64,000 nt of DNA from the human T2T-CHM13v2.0 reference genome, Homo sapiens, in the NCBI RefSeq assembly GCF_009914755.1, contig NC_060925.1; one strand, written 5' to 3'. The notes below the pieces were generated by a model. That model saw nothing but the letters and a program-made list of their open reading frames with translations. It had not been told where the DNA came from and made no database searches. Position numbers and translations under genes: made by a program. Of the stretch, positions 1-15,681 are shown piece after piece; within the stretch, counting starts at the first letter, position 1; each line of letters starts with the position of its first letter.

Positions 1-948
1 TCTCTCTTTTCTTTCCATTTTTTTTCTGTCTTTTTCAAATGTAAGTCATTCTTTATAATGGCTTAATAAGCCTCTGGTCTGTCTCACAGCTCAGAAATAT
101 TTCCTCAGGGACCTGGGAGCTATTTTTGAAATGCAATATCAAGGGAGATAGCATCCCTATCTCCTAGTTCCTATGGGAAAGTAAGAACCTACTTGGGAGG
201 GTAAAAGCCTCACTTTGCTGGGCTACTTGCTCCAATTCACAAAACTACCTTCTTTTTTGTTTTGTTTTGTTTTGTTTTTTGTTGTTTTTTTGTTTTTGTT
301 TTTGTTTTGAGACATAGTCTCGCTCTGTTGCCCAGGCTGGAGTGCAGTGGCACGATCACGGCTCATTGCAACCTCCTGGGCTCAAGTGATCCTTCTACCT
401 CAGCCTCTTGAGTAGCTGGGACAACAGATGTGTGCCACCACATCCAACTAATTTTTGTATTTTTTTTATAGAGATTAGGTCTTACTATGATGCCCAGGCT
501 AGTCTTGAACTCCTGGGCTCAAGCCATCCACCTGCCTCGGCCTCTCAAAGTGCTGGGATTACAGGTGTGAGCCACCGCACCCGGCCTTACTTTCTGTTAC
601 AAAGATATGAGAAGTTTGTTTCTCCTCTGGATAAAGCTAACACAGGTGGACTCCCCATTACCATAATAAAGTTAGAAGGAACTATGTGTGATGAAAAATG
701 CTGCCAAGCCCTGTTACTTGAAAACTAGTTATAATTTACCTTGAAAGCTTATATGTGTGAGCCAGACCTGCTTGGCTATATAATGGGGTGAGATTTCTTT
801 GTCTTTGCAATCTTGTAGCAGATTGTGTTGTATCACATTCTGGTTTAATGCTTATTCAATAATAAAACTGTTTTCTGTTTCTACTACCTTTGTAGAGAGG
901 ATTTCTGAGTTGGGAGATTTTGTTTCTTTTAATTATATTTCCCCAACA
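1..948 (+). mobile_element. ERV1-class solo LTR (MER34-like), interrupted by an Alu; 5' part may extend beyond the window
   Basis: AATAAA at ~860 followed by a U5-like tract ending ...ttccccaaCA; resembles the MER34-family 3' end as recalled. Confidence 0.6.
253..586 (-). mobile_element. AluJ-type SINE
   Basis: Reverse-complement Alu dimer with (TTTTG)n tail and ctcctgggctcaag J-type motifs. Confidence 0.9.
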
Positions 949-1499
949 CTTTGCAGACTAGATATTCTCCATGGACCCTTCCAGCTCTATGACATTGTCA
1001 TTCCATGGCTCTCATCCTGCTTAAGGAATAATTAACTCGTTTGCAGAAGTAGGAAATCATGAAACGCCTTGCACGTACCATCTTGGAACTTTTTTGTCAG
1101 GTGACTTCAAATGATTTTACTAATATTAACCTATTAGTTCCTGAATCTCTGCCCACCAGATAGGTCATAATTGGTTCTGCATTTGCTATTTATATGAGGA
1201 AATTGAGTCACAGGAAGAAAGGAGGATGTTTTAGGCTTTTGGAAGTGTTCTCTATGTACTGTATCTTATTAGATCCCCTTTTTCCATCTCCTTTGAAAGG
1301 GGATGAGCTCTAAGGAAGGGTAGGATTCTGTGGGAGGGGTGCTTGGGAGTGGCTGGGGAAAACCTCCTGGGAAGACCAACATGACTGAGACATCCTACAT
1401 AATAGCAAAGGTTGGAGAGGATATTAACAGAGGACTATCACTAAGAGGGAGCAAGTTACTATAAAACATGTGACATGTTATTGTAAAAATAATTATGAC

Positions 1500-1670
1500 A
1501 CAACAATAGCTACCATTTGTTGAGCAGTCACTCTGAAGGCAATGTGCTAAGAACTAGATTTGTTTCTTCACTTAATTCTCAGGACAACCCTATGAGGTAA
1601 GCATAATCACCCCCATTTGATAGAAAAGGAAATTAAGGCCTAGAAAGAAAAACTCACCCAAGGCCAGAGA
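1500..1670 (-). mobile_element. MIR
   Basis: aaccctatgaggtaag...cccattt...gaaattaaggcc, reverse MIR core. Confidence 0.7.
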
Positions 1671-1994
1671 GTCTCCATAATATTCACCTTAATCTATAAA
1701 TAGAGTACATGGCATTTATGAGATGGAGGGAAAGGAAGGTCTCACATTTCTACTCATTAATTCCAGTAAGATTGCATGTGCCAGGTCACAAAGAAAACAT
1801 GTAGGTAGAAGGCAAATCTTGGGAATTTGGTTGGCAGAGTTTCCTGGGAACGCTGATGTAAGTGGAAGAGGCCACCAGTAGTCAGAACTAGGCAAGGGGT
1901 GGAGGCCAGTGTTAGCTGCTTCTTCCTGCTTCCATAATCTGTTCCCAACCTGGCTACCCTCTGATCAAGCCTAATCATGGTGGAAAGACCCTGA

Positions 1995-2933
<939 letters not shown>

Positions 2934-3634
2934 CCATCCTCAGGTTCTCAGACGAGGGTTTTGAAGTCCTCAGACCTGGCTGCCAGCCACACGCGCCTAG
3001 AGTCCTCTTCTATCATCGTGCTTCCTGCAGGAGAGAAGAACTTGTTCTCATGGCCTGACTTAGAGCTGGCATCTGCTAACCTGGCTGTGTCATGCTGTCT
3101 CTTGGGGAAATGAGTTGAGGGAGCCACAGCAAAGATCTAACAACCACTCAGAATCCCTGGAACAAACTCAGCTGTGACTACGGAGCGACAGAGTTCATTA
3201 TACAGGTCAATAATGCAAAATCAACCAATAATTATGTTTGTTCTGTACAATAATGAAATGAGAGCACCGAACAAATTCATAACCTTTAGCAGGCATTTAC
3301 TTTGAGGCTCAAAATGACAGTTTTTAAAAGGTTTTGTCAGCGAGTAGCTCCTATAATTCACTGCTTTAACAATAAAAAGATAGATCTGAAGTTTAGGGAA
3401 TAGATTTCAGAACTGACTTTTAACTTTGCCATTATCTAAATTGATTCCATTTGACCTAGTTTTGCTTTGCTTCAAGGTCAAAAGCACTTGTGGTCTTATA
3501 GACTGAATTTTTCAATATTTAAAGAACACGCTCAGAAAATTGCCAGTGGGCATAAAATATGGCCAAAACCTTGAATTAGTTGGAGCAGAGCAATCAGACT
3601 GGTGCCTTGTCTTTTATTTTTAATACCAAGACAG

Positions 3635-3805
3635 ATAATTAATATTTATGGGACACCTATTTTGTGCTAGATACTAAGAAGCTGAGCATATTATATACCT
3701 TATCTTACTTAATCCTGACAAAAATTCTATTTGGTAAGCATGATATTCCTCATATGACATATGAGGAGACAGAGGCTATGACATCTCCTAGCTAGAAAAT
3801 AGGAT
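3635..3805 (-). mobile_element. MIR
   Basis: ttaatcctgacaaaa...atgaggagacagaggct, reverse MIR core. Confidence 0.6.
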
Positions 3806-3809
3806 TCCA

Positions 3810-4092
3810 GGCCTGGCGCCGTGGCTCATGCCTGTAATCCCAGGACTTTGGGAGGCCAAGGTGGGTCGAGGTCAGGAGTTCAAGACCAGCCTGGCCAAGA
3901 TGGTGAAACCCTGTCTCTACAAAAAATGCAAAAATTAGCTGGGTGCGGTGGCAGGCACCTATAATCCCAGCTACTCAGCAGGCTGAGGCAGGAGAATCGC
4001 TTGAACCCAGGCAGCAGAGGTTGCAGTGAGCCGAGTTTGCACCCCTGGGCGACAGAGTGAGACTCTGTCTCAAAAAAAAAAAAAGAAAAAAG
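3810..4092 (+). mobile_element. AluS with two small deletions
   Basis: Alu dimer, poly(A), TSD gaaaataggatt at 3795-3806 and 4093-4104. Confidence 0.95.
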
Positions 4093-4168
4093 GAAAATAG
4101 GATTTATTTTATTAGAGCTACCCAAGAGAAAAGAAACACTTCTCTAACTTTATCTGGCTAATATTTAG

Positions 4169-4477
<309 letters not shown>

Positions 4478-4494
4478 TCAGAAAACAGATGTTT

Positions 4495-5595
4495 TAAAAA
4501 TTGAGCTATAATCGATACATAATAAGATGCAAGTGTCTTGAGTGGCCCATTTGATAAGTTTCAGCATTGTTTACACTTCTGTAACTGCTTCCCCAAAACA
4601 AGATAAAGAGCACCTCCCTAACCCCAGGAAGCTCCCCACAGCCCTGCCAGTCAATGTCCAAGCACCCTGGGTGACCACTGCTCAGGTTTCTGTCACCATC
4701 GGTTAGCTTTTGCTGTTCTTTGAAGTCACATAAAATGTAATAATATAGTATGTACATCTTTGTATCTGGCTTACTTCACACAGCATAAGCTCTTGAGATT
4801 CATACATACTGCTTTTTGTATCAGTAGTTTGTTCTTTTATTGCTGAGTGCTATTCCATTTAAGGAATATACTGGCATTATTTACCCATTCTCCTGTTGAT
4901 AGACATTTGGGTTGTTCCCAGTTTTTGCTATGTGAAAGAAAAACAGAAACTATGCCAAAGGGAAAGTTGAGCTTGGGAACTGAGTCACCAATACTGTCTT
5001 CCCTTTGTTCCCAAGCAGATAGCTGTAATTTCACAACCTATGTCATACTCTCACTTCCTCTAGTCCTTCTCTTCACTTGTTTACTTTATCTTACAAAAAA
5101 ACATAGATTTACTGAGCGTGGAGGATGCATAATTGACTTTTCCCTCTATTTCCTCTTTTCACATGTAAAATGTAGATTCACTGAGGTTCATCAGAGCATC
5201 ACAAGAATGTAACCATCTGCCTCATGGCCTGCCTCACTCCTTTTTCTCCTTCTCTTGCTTGCTCATTCCCCTTTAAATACCGAATTTCCAAAACCTCCTT
5301 TGGGAAAAAGCGTAAGTCACAGATGCTCCTACAATTTGTACTTTTTTCCCCAGGCATTTCTTCAACTTTGGCTAAATAAACCTCTAATCAACCGAGCCCT
5401 GACTCAGTCACATTTTGGTTAACAGCTACTAGGAATGAGGATAACATGAACACTTGTACAGGACTTTTATTCGACACATTTTCATTTCTTTTAGGTAAAT
5501 ACTTAGGAGTGGAATTGCTGGGTCATAGGACAGATGCTGGTTTAACTTCTTAAAGAACTCCTAACACATCTCCAGATTATTGTACTGTTTTTGTT
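4495..5595 (-). mobile_element. Old L1M 3' fragment split by an LTR
   Basis: L1M 3' end motifs (gatagacatttgggttgttcccagtttttgcta ... ggagtggaattgctgggtcat) continue across the LTR. Confidence 0.75.
4931..5424 (+). mobile_element. ERV1 MER4-group solo LTR (LTR54-like)
   Basis: TGTGAAAG...GGTTAACA termini, 4-bp TSD GCTA on both sides, AATAAA ~5375. Confidence 0.8.
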
Positions 5596-5604
5596 AAATA
5601 TTAA

Positions 5605-5800
5605 GGCTCATTCAACAAATATTTATCAGGCAGCTATCATTTCCCAGACACTGCTACAAGTGTAAGCAGTAAGAAAAACAGAACAAAAATCTCTGCTGTA
5701 GGGGACAGCTACTTGGGGAAGATTCAATAAACAAATAAGCAAGTTAAATACAGAATGTCAAGTGGTGATAAGTGCTAAGGAGAAAAATGAAGTCCAAGGA
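5605..5800 (-). mobile_element. L2 3' end fragment
   Basis: tcattcaacaaatatttat, reverse of the L2 terminus. Confidence 0.6.
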
Positions 5801-6069
5801 GGGGAAGAAGCATCTGGCATGTGCTTTTTGCATGATTAACATTAGCTATTATCTTTTTTTAAAAAAAAAAAAAAAAGAAGAAGAAGAAGAAACTGGATCT
5901 TGCTTCTTTTGTTACCCTGAAGTCAGATCATTGGATTTCACAATGGGGAAATGGTGACCTCAGCAAGAAGAGTTTTAGAGTTTTAGTGAATCACACGACC
6001 TCTTAATTGGTTTCGAGTCATTCTTGGCAGCTGACGCAAAAAATGGGCTGTAAACGATCATAGGTGAGT

Positions 6070-6297
6070 GTAGAGCTTTGGAGTCAGACAGTCTGGGCTC
6101 AAATTGTGACTTGGTCACTTACAGAGTGCCGTTGGGCAAGATATTACCTGCTCTCAGTCTCAATTTTGTTATTTTCAAATAAAGATAATGATAAGAATCC
6201 TAACCTCCTAGGGTTATAAAGTCAAAGGAAGATAATGTTTGTAAATTGCTTGGCACAAAGCCTAATAAACACTCATTTAACATTAGTTGTCATTATT
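6070..6297 (+). mobile_element. MIR
   Basis: gctttggagtcagacagtctgggctcaaat...ttgggcaag...ctcagt. Confidence 0.75.
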
Positions 6298-8354
6298 TTA
6301 AAAAAGAGAGACTTGGGTTTGGTTTCTTATGTGACCTAATTGAGTACTTGATCCTCATAGCCTACATTTGACACAAGATGTCTGAGTATTCTCTGAAATA
6401 TATATCTCATGGTCGCACCTGGCTTTGAGTTGCTGCAAGACCCTTTTGAGATCAATCATGTTTTATTTCCTGTGAGTTCTTTCTTTCTCTCCTCTGTTCT
6501 GACCCAGATGTGGAATTCACCTCTCTTTCCTTGATTTTCACCCAAAATCTTTATTTCACACAAAGCCATTGGGCAACCGATGAGGAAGATGAAGAATGGT
6601 TCAGTGTATGTGATAGCACCCAAAAGATCTTGAAACGCTTGCAAACACCATGAAATTGGGCATTTCCCACCATAGCCCACTCCTTCTGATACCATGCCAT
6701 ACTGCTCAGCCATCCTGTTTTTTTCTCCCTCTTTCTCTCCTCCCCTCTATTCTCAGCATTCCCCCATGCCAAAATCTATCTTTATTTCTCCAAAGGGCAG
6801 TTTAACTGTCTCATGTGTTTTCTTGTTTTCTGAAACTTCTGGTCTCAGAGTCCAACCTCTACCACCAAGCGTCTTGTTAAGAAAGACAATTTCTTCTCCT
6901 AGATAAGTTTTCATACCAGTTGTAACTTAGTCAACAACATATGGCACATGATAGCTCTTTCATCTTGGTTGTCCTCATGTGTGAGATGAGATGCATAATT
7001 TTGGTCAGAAATTGGCATTTCCTTATTATCTGTCCGAGGTTCCAAGCTTTCTCAGAACAGGTCATGTCTCAGATCCTCAACATGGTTTTCTGACCCATTC
7101 CGAAGAGACCTGGAGGTTTGTTGGACCCTGCTTATTCCTTTCCCTTCCCTCCCTCCCCTGGACTTGCCTGGGGCCGTTCTGGGATGTGGTGCCAGGTGTG
7201 TGAATATGGGCTCCTACAGCCTGGCACACTTTGCTCTCTAGAAAGTCAATTCTATTCCTGAACTGTGTTCTTGGGCTCTCCTTCTGAATCTCAGCTTGTT
7301 TCCCACATGTTTGTTTCACTAAGGAAGCCTTTGGGGTTTTCTTTATGCCTTTTTAGCAAACTGTATTCTGTTCTTTTGCTATTTTGCATTTGGAATTATG
7401 CCATGAATTATGCAGATTAATTGTTCTTCTTTTACTTTACATCTCTGTAATTGCTAAGCTTTCTAATTTTATTTTCTTATAAAAATCCTCTTCCCTTAGC
7501 ACCAAAAAAAGAGAGGAATACTTAGGTATAAATCTAACAAAATATGCACAAGACTTACAAGAGGGAAACTACAAAGATCTGATGAAGGAAATCAAAAAAT
7601 TAAGCAAATGAAGAGAGATTTCATGTACATGTGTAGGAAGACTCAATATTGTCAAGATGTCAGTTCTTCCTAACTTGATCTATAGATTCAATGTAATCCC
7701 AATCAAAATCTCAGCAATTTAGTTGGTGGATGTAGACAACAAACTGATTCTGAAGTTTATATGGAAAGGCAAAAGATCCATGTCAGCTAACACGATATTG
7801 AGGAAGAAGAACAAAGTCAGAGGATAGATACTCCCTGGCTTCCAGACTTACTATAAAGCTACAGCAATCAAGACAGTGTGGTATTGGCAAAAGAATAGAC
7901 AAACAGATCAATGAAACAGATTTAGCAGTGGAACAGACTACAGAGCTCAGAAATAGACCCACACACATATAGTCAACAAATTTTGACAAAGGAGCAAAGG
8001 CAGTGCAGTGGAGAAAGGCTAGTCTTTTCATCTAATGGTGCTGGAACGACTGGACCTCTACTTGCAAATCAATGAATCTAGACATAGGCCTTACACGCTT
8101 CATAAAAATTAACTAAAAATGGATCATAGATCCAAATGTAAAGCACAAAATTATAAAGCTTCTAGAAGATAACATAGGAGAAAATGTAGTTGGTTTTGCG
8201 TTTAGCAATGGCTTTTTAGAACAAAAAGCACAATCAATAAAAGAAAAAAATGATAAGTTGTGCTTCATTAAATTAAAAACTCTTGTGCTGCAAAAGACAC
8301 TATCAAGCAAATGAAAGACAGGCTACAGACTTAAAAAAAATTTCAAACACATCT

Positions 8355-8650
8355 GTGGCTCGCTCCTGTAATCCCAGCATTTTGGGAGGCTGAGGAAGAC
8401 AGATCACTTGAGGCCAGGAGGTCAAGGCCAGCCTGGCAAACATGGCGAAACCCCGTCTCTACTAAAAAATACAAAAATTAGCCAGGTATCATGGTACATG
8501 CCTGTAATCATAGCTATTTGGGAGACTCAGGTGTAAGAATCACTTGAACCAGGGAGGTGGAGGTTGCAGTGAGCTGAGATTGCACCATTGCACTACAGCC
8601 TGGGTGACAGGGTGAGATTCTGTCTGAAAAAACAAACAAACAACAAAAAA
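8355..8650 (+). mobile_element. Alu (J/S), slightly 5'-truncated
   Basis: Alu dimer with A/CAAA tail. Confidence 0.9.
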
Positions 8651-8857
8651 CCCTCACTTATATCTAAAACAAATAATATCCAGAATATACAAACTCTACT
8701 ATAAGAAAACAATAAACTCAATTTTAAAAATAAGTGAAAGATCTGCAGAGACGCTTCATCAGAGAAGATATATTGATGGCAAACATGCACATCAAAGATT
8801 ATCAACATCATATGTCACTGGAGATTTTAAATTAGAGCAACCATGAGATACTACTAT

Positions 8858-9640
8858 TGTGGTACAATAAGAAATAAATTTGGTCTTTGTCCCCAGTTTC
8901 TGGCACAGAGCTTCTAAAACCCTCGAAATTCTTGAGTGATAAGAATGTCATTTGTTATTTATAAAAAGTCCCTTTTGATCATGCCTGGGTTTATAATGAG
9001 GTACCTAAGGGTAGAGCCCCTAGATAGCCTCAGGATGGGGCTGGTCACCAGAAAGACCAAGTGATTAGAAGGTTAGAACTGTCAACCCCTTACGCTGACT
9101 TCTGGGAAGTTGCAAGGGGAGTAGGGGAGGGACTGGAGATTAGGCTCTATACAAACTTTTGAGCATGAGATTTGATCAACTGCCAGGTTGATGCATATAT
9201 CAAGGTGCTTGGGAGGCTTCCATGCCTGGAGAGGGCATGGAAGCTCTTTACACCTTCCCCTCCATCCCCCATAACTTGCCCTATGGCTATTTCTGTGTTG
9301 TATCCTTTATGATAAGCCAGTAAACATAAGCCAAGTGTTTCTCTAAATTAGAATGACCAAATAAGCCATTCTAGCAGGTTAATGAACCTGAGGAGAGGAT
9401 TGTGGGAACCCCATGAATTTATAGCTAGTCAGTCAGAAGGCCAAGTGTTTGGGGACTTGCAATTGGCTTCTGAAGTGGGGGCAGCCTTGTGGGACTGAGC
9501 CCTTAACTTGTGGGTGTGATATTAACTTCAGGTAGATAGTGTCAAGATTTAATTGAATTTTTGTGTGGAAAAAAACCCACCTCTGGGGTCAGAAGTGAAT
9601 GTTGTGTGAGTATAGAGAAACAGTTTTTGTTCTCAGAATT
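8858..9640 (+). mobile_element. MER21-type solo LTR (MER21C-like)
   Basis: Starts tgtggtacaataagaaataaatttggtctttgtcccc; interrupts L1 ...gagatactacta|cacacctatt... Confidence 0.75.
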
Positions 9641-10085
9641 ACACACCTATTAGAATGGCTAAAATCCAAAACACCGACAGCATCAAATGCTGGCAAGGAT
9701 GTGGTGCAACAGGAATGCTCATTCATTGCTGGTGGAAATGCAAAACAATACAACCACTTTGAAAAAACAGTTTATTGGTTTCTTACAAAGTAAACATACT
9801 CTTGCTATATAATCCAGGGATCATGCTCCTTGGTATTTACCTAAATGAGTTGAAAACATGTCCACACAAGAACAACAAAATATGCAACACAAGGAGCCTA
9901 ACCTATTGTAAACTTTGAGCCTTAGTTAATAGTGACGTATCCATGTTGGCTCACCAATTGTAACAAGTGTACCATACTAATGCAAGATGTAAATAATAGG
10001 GGAAAGTCTGTTTCAGAGTGCACAAGGCATTATACAGGAATGCTTCACTTTGTGCTCAATTTTTCTGCTAACCTAAAACTGCTCT

Positions 10086-10541
10086 GTAATAGTTTGCTAG
10101 GGCTGCTGCAGCCATGTACCTGGGTTGCTTCAAACAGAAATTTACTGCCTCCCAGTTCTGGAGGCTAGCAGTCCAAAATCAAGGTGTTGGCAGGGCCTGG
10201 GTCCCTCAGGGACTCTGGGTAGAGTCCTTTCTTGCCTCTTCCCAGCTTGCGGAGGTGGCTGGCCGTCCTTGACATTCCTTGGCTGACAGCTACATCATCC
10301 CTCTTAGGCTCTGTCATCACAGAATTATCTTCCCGTTGCCTTCCTTCTGCGCATGTCTGTGTCTGTGTCCAAATTTGCCCTTTTTAAAGAACGCCAGTCA
10401 TTACTGTATTAGGGCTTACCCTAATGCCCTTATCTTAACTTGATCATGTACAAAGACTCCATTTTCAAATGGGGTCACATTCATAGGTACCAGGACCTTC
10501 CACATATCTTTGGGGGAGGGGACACAATTCAACCCATCACA
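10086..10541 (-). mobile_element. MaLR solo LTR (MLT1B/C-like)
   Basis: cagttctggaggctag...ggacacaattcaacccatcaca; near-TSD tgctc/tgctt. Confidence 0.8.
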
Positions 10542-12491
10542 TGCTTTAAAAAATAAAGTATATTAATTTTTTAAAAATCCTCTTTTCTCCTCTGATAGAA
10601 GGAAGATAGGGAGAGATACAAAGACATGAATTTCTAGACTTCAGCTTAATTCTCTGTTGTAGATAGAAGACTAGTAATAACTATAAATTCTAAGACTTGA
10701 TGGTGTTAATAATATGATTTTATTTCATTCTCAGTACTCTGTTGAAGTAGGAGAAACATTTAAATTGAAAGAAAAAGGATGTCATTCTTTTATATGACAT
10801 ATCTAAAAAGGGAAGAACACCTCCAAATAGAGTTACAATGGGTATCGATGTCTAGAAAGCAGCAAATTAAACTTGTAGAGTTGATGGCAATTCTTTATGT
10901 TTAATGGCATTAAGGTAAAGATGTCAGAATTTAGGGGAGAGAGGAATACAGTTTGTGACTGTGGACATTATTACACGAAGACTATAGCTGGTTAGCTCCT
11001 TTGGTTCAAATAGTGTACTAATGCGAAAGCAATCTCAGATTTCCTTCAAAGTCAGAAATGTCCCTCTGTTCCAAGCTGTAAGCTGTGATCTGGACTCCAG
11101 CCATGTCTCTATCTCATCCGCTGAAGCAGTGGCACTAGGACAATACAAATTTATCCCTGCCAGAGACCATGGAAGCCTGCTGCTCAATATCCATTCTCCC
11201 CTTCTCCTTAAATAATCGAACACTAATGTTTTTCAAGAGACAATGTGCCAAGTTAAAAAAAACATTCATCTCCATTGACTCACTTGTAGCTGGAGACAGG
11301 AAACCTAATACCACTCGAGTCAGGATTAGAAGTCCCTGAAAAGAGCTTCAAAACAGACAAAGCTTCCCAAGAATTGGGTGCTTTCCTTCTTCCTTCCTAG
11401 ACGTGGAATACACACGGATACAGTATCTGGAGATGTAGCAGCTGGCTCTTGACCATAATGGTGGGAGTCTCACTGTAAGGACGATGGAGGAACAGAAAGA
11501 TAGAAGAAGTTTGGGGTGCTGATGAAATTGTGGGGCTGCTGTCCCCTCTCCCCAGACTCCACTTTTTTTTTTTCTTGCAGTTTTATTTGTTGAAGAAACT
11601 GGGCCATTTGGCCTTTATGATGTACCTTGGTTTGGATTTAGCTAATTGCATCTCTGTGGTATTGGTTAATATGTTCTTCTGTCTCTGTTTTTCCTGTCAA
11701 TTGATAGCTAGCTCTTAAGGCCTGTTCAGATTTAAGTTTGCCATTTTGTTGATGGGGTGGGAGGAATAACTTGACAGGTAGTCACAGAATACTTCCATCA
11801 CAAGGCACGTAATATCTGGTTGTGTCTTTTTGTGATGTTAGCAACCACTGATGCTCATTAGGGTCTCCAAAAATAAGATATTCTAATTTTTTATTCCTTC
11901 ACGTATAAATAGTAATAAAGGGAAACTTTTTCACATCAACTATTTGGTTGTTTTGAGGAAGAGGTTATTCATCACCTTTCAAATTAATGAGTTCCTAGTA
12001 TCCTTAAAGGTGACCAAGGAAGGGGTTTTCCTATGTTCATTTGTGTGTGTTTTTTTAATCACTAATAGCTCATGAATTTAATATATGTGCTGTGTTTAAA
12101 TCCCTAGTTGTTATTATATTTGGTAATGCTCAAATTGTTCCTTTGTTTGGCCCCTGGGGGTTTGTGCAGTTCGCTCCTGAGTCCCTTTTATGCAAACCCA
12201 GCTGTCTTTGACAGCTTTCTTGCTGTTGGCTGCCAACTTGTAAATTTCCTGGCCCAGAACTAGAATTACCCATCACCAAGGAGCTCTGGTTCTTGCTGGT
12301 CCAAAATGATATTTAAAGACCTCATTCTGGTGTTTGCAGCACTGATTGCTCATGGGTGGTCATTGGCTCAAGACCTTTTCAATGGACAAATCTAAGACTG
12401 TAAAAGATTAAATATTAAGTATGTTGCGAGTTAATTAACTTTGATTTTACATTTGACAGTGAAATCTTAGTTCCCAACCACATCTACATAG

Positions 12492-12897
<406 letters not shown>

Positions 12898-13334
12898 CTG
12901 TTCTTAGGAAACATTTCTTTAGAAATGCACCATCAAATTACGTTTTAAAGTCAATTAGCATAATTTTTTCTAAGGATAATTTTTTTTCTATCTGGTTATA
13001 CCAACAACTCAATATACAGTTAAATTTGTTTTATTTTGCTTTTGATTTCTAGGAATTATTTAATTTTGTTTCATAATTATGTAAAACGTTTCCACATTTT
13101 CAAAATCAAATCTACAAAACAACTTGTATTCAGAGAGGTCTAGTTTTCATTTTTCTTTTCCTCCTGTTCCTTTCCTTAGAGTTAACCCCTCTATTTTAGT
13201 TTCTAAATTTATCTTTCTTGTTTTACTTGAATGTAAGCTAACATATCTATGTAGTCATATCCACACAATGGTAGCATAATATACACACTTTTTTCCACCT
13301 TGTTTTTAGAAGGGTATGAAGACACATTTCATAG

Positions 13335-13660
<326 letters not shown>

Positions 13661-13669
13661 TCATTCCTT

Positions 13670-13713
13670 TGTGTGTGTGTGTGTGTGTTGTGTGTGTGTG
13701 TGTGTGTGTGTGT

Positions 13714-13715
<2 letters not shown>
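13670..13715. repeat. (TG)n microsatellite occupying the tail position of the adjacent Alu
   Basis: Direct reading. Confidence 0.95.
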
Positions 13716-13967
<252 letters not shown>

Positions 13968-15281
13968 CCCTCATTTCTTTTTTAATGGCAAGTACTCAAT
14001 GATGCGGATATGCCATATGCAACCAGTTTATTCAACCAGCTTCCTGCTGATGGACAATTGTGTTATTTCCATTCTTTTGCAAATAATGCTGTAATGAATA
14101 GTCTTGTGCATACTTCTTTTCATTTTGCTAGGTTATCATTGACATATAGATTCTGATAAAAACAGGATTTCTGGTTGAAAGGGTAAATGCATGTGTAATT
14201 TTGCACATGCAAAATTAAAATGTCCCTCACCATTGGGAAATTTTGTATACTAATTTTATTCAGCAATCCCTTAACTCTCTTATTAGTTAAAATAATTTAT
14301 CTGTGGTTTCTTTTACATTTCCTACTTATACAATTGTATTATAGCAAAAATGACAGTTTTGTTTCCCCTTTTACGTATTTATATCTTTCCTTTTGCTTGC
14401 CTTATTGCTTGTTCTAGCAATCCAGTAAAATATTGAATGGAAGTGGGCCATTTAAATTTACCTTTCTTGTTTTATTTGAATGTAAGCATTCATTCATATA
14501 TAAGCATGTCATATCTATATAGTCATATCCACACAATGATAGCATAATATACATAAGTTTTTCCACCTTGCTTTTAGAAGGATATGAAGACATATTTCAC
14601 AGTAAAATGTTGAACGGAAAGCTAACTACTTTTGTCTTGCTCCTAATCTTAAAGGGAATGTTTTCAACATTTTGCCATTAGATATGACGTTTGTTATTTA
14701 TTAGGTTGTGACAGTTCCCTTCTCTTTATAGTGTGCTAAGAGATTTTATCATGATTAGACATGGAACTTCCTCAAGTGCTTTTCTGTATCTGTTAATATG
14801 ATTTTTAAACTTTTGATCTGTTACTGTGAATTTCATAAATCACTTTTCTAATATTAAACTAACCTTTTATTCTGAGAATTAACCATTAATTGGTCATGAC
14901 GGTCATGATGTATTCATCTTTTTATATATTGCTAAATTTCATTTGTTTTGTTGAGGATTTTTGCATCTATGCTCACAGGTGAGATTGACCTACAATTTTA
15001 CTTTCTCATATTGTTCTTTATTGGATTTTTGGTATCAAAGTCAGGCCCACCTCGCAAAGTGAATGGAGATTTTTTTCCCTTTTTTAATGATTTGGCAGAG
15101 TTGTAGTAAGATTGAAATTCTTTTTTTTCTGTATGTTTGGTGAAACTGCTGGTGAAGCCAACTGGGACTAGTGTTTTCTTTGAGGAAGACTTTTCAACAA
15201 CTGATTCAATCTCCTCAATCATTTTAAGACTCTTCATATTTTCTATTTCTTCTTGATAAACTGTATTTAAAAAATATTTGC

Positions 15282-15625
<344 letters not shown>

Positions 15626-15681
15626 TCAGCAGTGTCTGTAGTTGTGTTGTCCTTTTTTTTCTAACTTACTTCACTAGAGCC

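Larger units (their letters stand above)
7500..10575 (+). mobile_element. Old L1M (L1MC-like) ORF2 C-terminus and 3' UTR, split by Alu, MER21 and MLT1
   Basis: Degenerate ORF2 motifs (ataaatctaacaaaa, caatcaagacagtgtggtattggc); 3' UTR rejoins across each insert. Confidence 0.85.

Noticed and set aside
408-728. Alu-containing ORFs here and at 2115, 12492, 13505, 33401 and 59697
   Set aside because: Typical Alu translation products ([20 protein letters not shown]).
6456-6772. Short ORFs and an acidic peptide (HWATDEEDEEWF) suggesting a pseudogene or exon
   Set aside because: No protein family recognised, and no poly(A)/TSD or convincing splice pair.
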